DNA from: a bacterium
GTDB taxonomy: Bacteria; Muiribacteriota; UBA6191
NCBI GenBank assembly: GCA_036339875.1
Contig: JAYZAC010000081.1
Coordinates: forward strand, 1-14,472
Reading direction: 5' to 3'
Length of the DNA: 14,472 bases
In this document: in pieces, positions 8,679 to 14,472 of the stretch
How the letters are laid out: every line of letters begins with the position of its first letter
How positions within the stretch are numbered: position 1 is the first letter of the stretch
Position numbers and translations under genes: made by a program
Notes under the pieces: generated by a model
Seen by the model: only the letters and a program-made list of their open reading frames with translations
Told to the model about the DNA's origin: nothing
Database searches by the model: none

Positions 8679-10043
8679 TTAAAATTGATACTTGACTGAA
8701 CGACAAACTTCATCCATTGCAGATGCAGTTTTATTTATAACATCGTCATCATGGCATATTGAAATAAATCGTCTATTTCCTGGTAACACAAAGAGACCTT
8801 TCCTAATCATTTCACTATCAAAATGCATTAGTGCTTTTTTATCGGCGGCCATTACATCTCTATGGTTTTTGGGAACTTTAGATGCGAAGAGAATATGCCA
8901 CATAGGCCCCTCACCAAAGCAAATTGCAGGTAGATTGTGTCTTTTAAGAACTGCGGTTACCAAATCGCGAATCGCTTCTCCTCGTTCAAATAATTTTTGG
9001 TAAAATCCAGGCTTACGTAATTCATTAATTGTCGACAGAGCAATTGCAGTTGACAGTGGATTACCCTGAAGTGTTCCATTCTGATAAACATAATCCTTTT
9101 CACCTTTGTGTCGAGGGTCGCATAAATCCATTACATCCGCCCGCCCTGCTACTGCTCCAAGAGGTGATCCACCACCAATAATTTTACCCAAAGTGCAAAG
9201 GTCAGGTCTGATTTTGAAATATTCTTGGGCTCCTCCCGCCCCAAATCTAAAACCGGTTACCACTTCATCAAAGATCAGTATGATATCGTTTTTATCAGCA
9301 ATTTCTCTTAGCCCTTCTAAAAAACCTGGCACAGGAGAAATAATTCTTTGAATAGGTTCAACGATGATAGCTGCAATATCTTTAGCGTGTTTCTCAACTA
9401 GACTTCGAGTAATTTCCAAATTATTATAAGGCGCAACAAGCATAAGTTTCTGTATTACTTCTGGGATACCCGCTGAATCAGGCTCTCCATGGAGATAGAT
9501 TTCATCTTCTTGGGGTGTTGTAGAAATTTGTGCGTAGTCATGATGACCATGGTAAGCTCCCTCAAACTTTAGGATTTTTTCTCTTTTGGTCGCAGCACGA
9601 GCAAGTCGAATTGCATGAAAAGTTGCTTCTGAGCCAGAATTAGTAAATCTGATTCGTTCTGCACATGGTACCATTTCAATGACTAACCTAGCTAATTCAA
9701 CGGCATTTTTATTCAAGTATGCGAAAAAATGTAAGCCTTTCTCAGCTTGTTCTTTTACAGCCGATGTAACTGAATGATGAGCATGGCCCAAAACTAGAGG
9801 CCCTGAACCTAAACAATAGTCAATGTAAATGTTGTTCGATAAATCCCAAAAATACGCTCCATCGCCACGGTCAAAAACAAATCTGCAATCATCTGATAAT
9901 GCGTTCCCTCCAAGTGCACCTCCTGGTAACATTGAATATGCATCTTCGAGTGCAAGCAATTCAGCTTCTGCAAAATTATTGTTTCTTCCGAGTTGGCTAC
10001 CATAGGTTGAAAATTTATTGTATTGTAAAAGTGATTCTCTCAT
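8679..10043 (-). CDS. PLP-dependent class III aminotransferase, glutamate-1-semialdehyde aminomutase-like (probably not the housekeeping HemL)
   Basis: 454 aa. Motifs YIDY..G.GPLVLGH, FTNSGSEA, KFEGAYHG, IIVEP, LIFDEVVTGFR, DLCTLGKIIGGG (PLP Lys), GTLQGNP. ATGA overlap with the upstream gene at 10040-10043. Confidence 0.9.
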   Translation of the reverse strand: MRESLLQYNKFSTYGSQLGRNNNFAEAELLALEDAYSMLPGGALGGNALSDDCRFVFDRGDGAYFWDLSNNIYIDYCLGSGPLVLGHAHHSVTSAVKEQAEKGLHFFAYLNKNAVELARLVIEMVPCAERIRFTNSGSEATFHAIRLARAATKREKILKFEGAYHGHHDYAQISTTPQEDEIYLHGEPDSAGIPEVIQKLMLVAPYNNLEITRSLVEKHAKDIAAIIVEPIQRIISPVPGFLEGLREIADKNDIILIFDEVVTGFRFGAGGAQEYFKIRPDLCTLGKIIGGGSPLGAVAGRADVMDLCDPRHKGEKDYVYQNGTLQGNPLSTAIALSTINELRKPGFYQKLFERGEAIRDLVTAVLKRHNLPAICFGEGPMWHILFASKVPKNHRDVMAADKKALMHFDSEMIRKGLFVLPGNRRFISICHDDDVINKTASAMDEVCRSVKYQF

Positions 10044-12022
10044 TGATTCTTCCTAATAAATTGGAGGTTACCACTTGAAGTAGACCGCAAATTAACTTTT
10101 TTACTACTAATGAAATTTTCCCAATATGATGAGATTTCTAATACCGTATCATTAGAATTCACAAAATCAGATATCCAAAATCTCAGGGGTGGGCCGTGTT
10201 CTGAGAATACTTCAACCATCTGACCATCTGTAAGGTTCAATCTTTCCATAATTTCTTTGCTGACAATACACTGTGAATCTCCTAATCTGGAGTGGTTGAA
10301 TTTTAACAGAATACTAATTTCTTTTCTTAGTTCGTATTGCTTTACAAGTTTATTTTTGACAATTTTAGTACAAAAACATGATAAACCAGCGTCTGAAATA
10401 ATCCCATCTTTCCAGTCTTTCTCAATAAGATTGAGTTCCCTCTCATGTGCGAAGCCAAAACCGCCACCGCCAGAACTTTCAATTCGAATCACATCTTCTT
10501 TGAGAAGGATGAAATCAGCGATTTTTCCTGGAAAATTTGTTGTATGTATTTCTTTACCACCCCGAATTATAGTATATTTATTTGGAGCACCAGATTGACC
10601 ACCATTTATCCCGAAAGGTGGTATTAAGTTTCGATCTGAGAGGGTCGAAAATCTAGCATTTTTTGTTTTAAGTCTAATTTCACGGATAATACCGCACCCA
10701 CCCCTAAATCTTCCAGCCCCGCCACTGTCTGGTCTAATTTCGTTTTTCTCTACAAAAAGTGGCATCTTTGCTTCAACCATTTCGATTGATTGGATAGATA
10801 CGTTTTCTCCTTCATTAAAAGCACGTACAGCATGGTTGCCGTCCGATCCCTCGAAAGCTCCAGTACCTCCAGATGGGTATTCATAAAATAAAAAGGGCTT
10901 GTTGCGTTGGAAATCAAATCCACCAATGTAAGTGTGGTTAGAGGTGCCACGTACGTCACCTGTCATTCTTCGAGGGATTATCTGAGACAGTGCGCCAATT
11001 ATCGCCGTATCACAAGCAAATCGAACTTCGTTTAGTCCACCGCATGGTGCAGGATTTTCAGCACTGAGTATAGTTTTCTGCGGTACTTTAATTTTGATTG
11101 GAGAGACTGTTCCTGAGTTCAAAGTACCGCTCGGAATCAAAAAACTCTTTATAACAGTCATCACGCTTGTGGGAGCGATAGCAGGGCCAGCGTTTAATGG
11201 CGCATCTACCTGCATGGAAGTTCCATTGAAATCAGCCACAATTTCACTTTCATAGACACTTAATGAAGCTTCAACTCTTAGTGGAAATGTCTCCTCAGAT
11301 GCACCGTCAAGATATGCTACTGATTGATAGTTCCCATTGGGAAGACTTTCAATTGCATTTCTCATTTCTTTTTCACTAGAAATAAGTTCATTATCAATTG
11401 ATTTAAGAGTAACTTCTAAACCATACTTGCTAATTAACTCGATTAATCTTCTTTCAGCAACTCGACACGTTCCTAATACAGCATAAAAATCTGAAACTGC
11501 CTCTTCACTAATACGTATATTGTCAAAGATAAGATCCATAACTTCAGATTTCCCGTTCTTCGGTACACAGATATGATTTAATCGGAGACCTTCGTGTAAA
11601 ATTTCTTTTGCTTTACCACTTAAACTTCCTGGAGTCGTACCCCCAATATCTGCCCAATGGGATCTAATAACGACAAACATTGTTAAATTTTCTTTAAAAA
11701 ATATTGGATATATGACTGCTACATCATTCAAATGAGTTCCACCAGTATACGGATCATTATGAAGATAAATACTGTCTTTGTTTATCTTCGTAACTTTCTC
11801 AAGAAGACCACTGACACTCCAAGTAACTGGTATAATATGAAATGGATGATCTTCTCCTGACTGTGAAATTAGACGACCTTTAGCATCAATAATTACTGCA
11901 GAAAAATCGTAACCCTCGTATATTATTGAACTAAATGATGACTGAATCATCATTCGGCGCATTTCTCTGACGATTGATGTTAAAGATTCCCTAATTACTG
12001 CTGTGGTTATTATATCAGTCAT
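10040..12022 (-). CDS. hyuB: Hydantoinase B / 5-oxoprolinase family catalytic subunit (HyuB-like) with a C-terminal extension
   Basis: 660 aa. Motifs SSIIYEGYDFS, NDPYTGGTHLND and SHWADIGG (metal-ligand region), PGS, HEGL, DSGGAGRFRGG, PFGINGG, SGGGGFG. AAAGGG upstream of the ATG. Confidence 0.93.
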   Translation of the reverse strand: MTDIITTAVIRESLTSIVREMRRMMIQSSFSSIIYEGYDFSAVIIDAKGRLISQSGEDHPFHIIPVTWSVSGLLEKVTKINKDSIYLHNDPYTGGTHLNDVAVIYPIFFKENLTMFVVIRSHWADIGGTTPGSLSGKAKEILHEGLRLNHICVPKNGKSEVMDLIFDNIRISEEAVSDFYAVLGTCRVAERRLIELISKYGLEVTLKSIDNELISSEKEMRNAIESLPNGNYQSVAYLDGASEETFPLRVEASLSVYESEIVADFNGTSMQVDAPLNAGPAIAPTSVMTVIKSFLIPSGTLNSGTVSPIKIKVPQKTILSAENPAPCGGLNEVRFACDTAIIGALSQIIPRRMTGDVRGTSNHTYIGGFDFQRNKPFLFYEYPSGGTGAFEGSDGNHAVRAFNEGENVSIQSIEMVEAKMPLFVEKNEIRPDSGGAGRFRGGCGIIREIRLKTKNARFSTLSDRNLIPPFGINGGQSGAPNKYTIIRGGKEIHTTNFPGKIADFILLKEDVIRIESSGGGGFGFAHERELNLIEKDWKDGIISDAGLSCFCTKIVKNKLVKQYELRKEISILLKFNHSRLGDSQCIVSKEIMERLNLTDGQMVEVFSEHGPPLRFWISDFVNSNDTVLEISSYWENFISSKKVNLRSTSSGNLQFIRKNQ

Positions 12023-12563
12023 TTGATAGATACCCTTTAAGTTTTCTACAAATTGGAAGAAGGTAAATGAATTTTTGAGTTTTCTTTTCTTAATTGATAA
12101 AAATTTTGTAAAAATTGTTGAAATTTCTATTTTCCAATCATCAAATACACAAGAATTTATTCAAAATCTAATAACTATATCGCTCCTCAGAAGAAAATTA
12201 AGCTTAACGATGCTAGGTTTTGCGCCAATGTTTGCTATCAACCCCTTTAAATTATTTTGAATCTTTACTGCTGAAGATACAGGATTTGTTGTAAGAAGAA
12301 TATTTTTCTAGGCGACCTTATGTGCTTACCCCTATGGATGCAACTTTTAATAAGTAGATTCCAGGTTTATGTTCTGCTAGGTACGGCAGCAATATCAGCT
12401 AATTACCACTTCTTTTAGTTCACTAGATTTTTATTTTGGCCTAACAAAACACAATTTGTCTAGAGCTACTCGTTAAGTTTCTTCTCAAGAATTCTTTTTC
12501 AGGTAATCATGAAAATCAATAATCTTTTCCATATCCACTTGATTGCCAGAAACGGCTACGACT

Positions 12564-12761
12564 TTAACTTTTTTGCATACAGGCACTGCCTTCTAGAATT
12601 GCGACAATCTCTGCATCACTCACGCTGAAATAAAGGTTGTGCATCTTCACGCTGAGTGCACCAAATAATTTGTTAGCGACAGCCTAAAGATCTTGTGGAC
12701 TATCAAACATGCCCTTGAATGCTGCATTGCTGTGCTTTGCTCTTGCCAAATAAAGTGCCAT
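12564..12761 (-). pseudogene. GYD-domain-like protein remnant (internal TAG, 3'-truncated); absent from the ORF track
   Basis: Manual translation from the ATG at 12761 (GAAGGA upstream): MALYLARAKHSNAAFKGMFDSPQDL*AVANKLFGALSVKMHNLYFSVSDAEIVAILEGSACMQKS*. TAG at 12684-12686, TAA at 12564-12566. It fits the GYD-family N-terminal pattern as I recall it (M.LY......A.KGM...PQDR......L..ALG.K....YF). Confidence 0.65.
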
Positions 12762-12883
12762 TCTTTGTTCCTTCATATTGAATGGAAAAGCTTATTGGGG
12801 TTGCTCGATGCTTAACACCAACATTGTTCCAAAATTCTTCTCAAACTCATATCAAACTGAATTAATTCCGGTTCTTGGAAACA

Positions 12884-13150
12884 TCAACCTTCAAGATTAA
12901 CGAATTCCATTGAGGTCATATCAACTCCAGACTTGTCTAGAAGATGTTGATTTTCAGCCATCACCCTTTGAAGAACTTCCATGGATTCGATATCATGGAC
13001 AACATAAAGTCGCTTGGTTTGTGGTGACCAGCCATATCCGATAATTGTTATACCAGCCTCAGAGCGGACCTTGCGAGATTCCTCATTCTCGAACTCACTT
13101 TTCCAATGTTCATATCCTTTTGTTAGTTTAGCATTCACAACTTGTTTCAT
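12884..13150 (-). CDS. Small hypothetical protein, DUF3764-like / dimeric alpha-beta barrel
   Basis: 88 aa from the ATG at 13150 (MKQVVNAKLTKGYEHWKSEF...), preceded by GGAAGGA; the ORF track starts at 13192. The pattern Y-E-x-W-K-x-x-F...R-x-x-x-G-I...V-V-H resembles DUF3764-type proteins (from memory). Confidence 0.6.
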   Translation of the reverse strand: MKQVVNAKLTKGYEHWKSEFENEESRKVRSEAGITIIGYGWSPQTKRLYVVHDIESMEVLQRVMAENQHLLDKSGVDMTSMEFVNLEG

Positions 13151-13308
13151 TTCGTTTTTCCTTCCAGAAGAAGAGACAGTTTCGATGCGCAAACTGCACG
13201 CACCAGTGATTGCATCCCAACTAAATAGTCAGTAGCAAGAAATTTCAATAGATTTCTTTGTCAACCAATCAGATGAACAATACCCTAGGCTAGCTTTATT
13301 GTTGTGCA

Positions 13309-14081
13309 CTATTTACAAAGAACCTCACAGGGCACCCCATCCTTGTCACCATCCAGTCGACTGAGTTCACATTGATTCAGAAAAACTCTCGCTTCCTCAC
13401 AAGAATTCATTTGTCTGCAAAAGCTTTTGCTCCCACAGACTACTTTCAAACTTGCTGAGGGCAATGCGGGTTGGGGGACCCGCATTGTGTTAGTGCAGTT
13501 CATTTCAGGTGCCTCTCTCGGTAACTCGACTTGATTTCCAATTAACTCTCGCAAAGCAATTAACTCTATCCGATCAGCTGTCAATCCCCAATTCAGCTTC
13601 ACACCTACCCAAGCCCTTGCGTATTCGGTTTGATAGGCCGGATTTGTGGTAACCACTCTGCTGGACCCTTGGCTCCTTTCTGACGGTTCAGACGACGATC
13701 GACAGCAATCAATGTGTCTGGATCATCCAAATCATTGGCATAGGCTCTTTTGCGCTCTCTTGACCAATTGGCTGCGCCAGACTCATGGGCCTCCTTGAGA
13801 GGCACCATGTGATCAATATCAAGTTTTGTAGCATCAGTGATCGTCTTGCCGGAATAGGGATCATTCCAGCTTCCTGAGGCTACTCTGCAGCCTTTTGGAG
13901 ACTTGAACCCAACCGGAGAGAGAGACTCCTCAATCAGCACCTCGTGACGAGCGTTCTGGCAATCACGGTCCTCATCAATCCAGTGGCGGTAGCTCTTGCG
14001 TTCGTATTTGGGGCAGCCTGCAGAATCTGCGAAGGCTACTGTTGTCAGTAGTATAAAAAGTATCGTTAGCAGAGCGTGCAT
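13309..14081 (-). pseudogene. Secreted HNH/His-Me (DUF1524-like) nuclease with a C-terminal Excalibur Ca-binding domain, split by a 1-nt frameshift near 13646
   Basis: Signal peptide MHALLTILFILLTTVAFA; LDIDHMVPLKEAHESGA, ANDL, LIAVD..LNRQKG. Minus strand reads TGG TTA CCA CA AAT CCG GCC TAT: adding one base joins EWLP to NPAYQTEYARAWVGVKLNWGL. Ends in C..MNSCEEA..FL..C...RLDGDKDGVPCE.LC (Excalibur DxDxDG). Confidence 0.85.
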
Positions 14082-14470
14082 TACTCGTAATCTTCCCAGT
14101 TCCGGTTTTGGCCTTCACTGGGATCCTGATCCAACGGTTCTCTGATACTTTCTTGAGTTAGGATTATTCCGTCCTTGTAATTGATCATAAAAACGATCGC
14201 ATAATAAATTGGATCAGAACTTTTATTCCCCTTGACGTATCTGTGCATGCATAAAAAATCATCACTCTCATAAACAACACGAAACAGTCCTAAAATGTAG
14301 TCTTCGCTGTACGTTGACAGCACTAGCTTCTCATCTTCCAAATTCACCGTGATACCAGTGGTTGGATCCGGTGCTGAGTAATCAGGATGATAAATTTCAT
14401 CAAACAAAGAGAAATCATTGTTTTTGAATATCAGCCGCACCGCCCTGTCAAATGCATCTGCTTTGGTCAT
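14081..14470 (-). CDS. Hypothetical protein, probable SnoaL/NTF2-like fold
   Basis: 129 aa. N-terminal NDFSLFDEIYHPDY and C-terminal FMINYKDGII patterns are typical of SnoaL-like domains. Its TAA overlaps the nuclease ATG (TAATG at 14079-14083). The start lies at the window edge, so no RBS is visible. Confidence 0.6.
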   Translation of the reverse strand: MTKADAFDRAVRLIFKNNDFSLFDEIYHPDYSAPDPTTGITVNLEDEKLVLSTYSEDYILGLFRVVYESDDFLCMHRYVKGNKSSDPIYYAIVFMINYKDGIILTQESIREPLDQDPSEGQNRNWEDYE

Positions 14471-14472
14471 TC

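Larger units (their letters stand above)
1223..14472. mobile_element. Degraded tRNA-fMet-integrated genomic island; right boundary probably beyond the window
   Basis: A displaced tRNA 3' fragment whose missing 5' half is replaced by sequence to its right, an integrase pseudogene ending 55 bp from the fragment, a compositionally distinct cargo operon and several pseudogenes. The far boundary (the intact tRNA) is not visible. Confidence 0.55.

Noticed and set aside
8679..10043. Calling the aminotransferase hemL (tetrapyrrole biosynthesis)
   Set aside because: HemL-typical motifs are altered and no heme genes are nearby; the context is catabolic.
3648..10959. Short ORFs within the operon (3648-4058, 4325-4549, 7013-7324, 7300-7491, 8692-9003, 9106-9351, 9809-10003, 10257-10598, 10445-10627, 10750-10959)
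   Set aside because: Antisense or off-frame shadows of well-supported genes, with no recognisable motifs.
6637..12022. Acetone or acetophenone carboxylase
   Set aside because: Same superfamily, but no small gamma-type subunit gene is present, and an aminotransferase plus an anion transporter point to an N-containing acid. Not formally excluded.
12211..12227. Sigma-54 promoter upstream of hyuB (minus strand TGGCGC...TAGCA)
   Set aside because: Spacing is GG-N11-GC rather than the required GG-N10-GC.
2619..12468. 10-bp inverted repeat TAGCTCTAGA (2619-2628) / TCTAGAGCTA (12459-12468) flanking the operon as transposon ends
   Set aside because: It does not extend, there is no transposase or target-site duplication, and a 10-bp match between two ~500-bp AT-rich spacers is plausible by chance.
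12075..13235. Plus-strand ORFs 12075-12260 and 13014-13235
   Set aside because: The first is a low-complexity product of AT-rich leader DNA; the second is antisense to the DUF3764-like gene.
1..14472. CRISPR array, retron/DGR or anti-phage defence system
   Set aside because: No regularly spaced repeat array and no reverse transcriptase or defence-type genes seen. The only nuclease has a signal peptide and Excalibur domain, unlike GmrSD-type restriction proteins.

Overview
A decaying genomic island anchored at an initiator-tRNA attachment site. Left end (1-~2320): two tyrosine-recombinase (integrase) genes, both broken only by in-frame nonsense codons, converge on a 45-bp 3' fragment of tRNA-fMet (1223-1267, minus strand). 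The fragment stops exactly at the anticodon loop and is flanked by short tandem repeat pairs resembling integrase arm sites. Middle (2732-12022, minus strand): an intact, AT-rich, tightly packed seven-gene operon. Its order is hydantoinase/oxoprolinase B subunit (with an extra C-terminal domain), HemL-like class III aminotransferase, hydantoinase/oxoprolinase A subunit, an uncharacterised 'U32-like' protein lacking the Fe-S cysteines, and a TRAP transporter (dctP-dctQ-dctM). It looks like an uptake and ATP-dependent ring-opening/deamination pathway for an unidentified substrate, and is the best candidate for an undescribed system. Right end (12564-14470, minus strand): a hidden GYD-domain-like pseudogene, a small DUF3764-like protein, a frameshifted secreted HNH (DUF1524-like) + Excalibur nuclease, and a SnoaL/NTF2-like protein. 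All family calls come from motif recognition by eye; no database searches were run.
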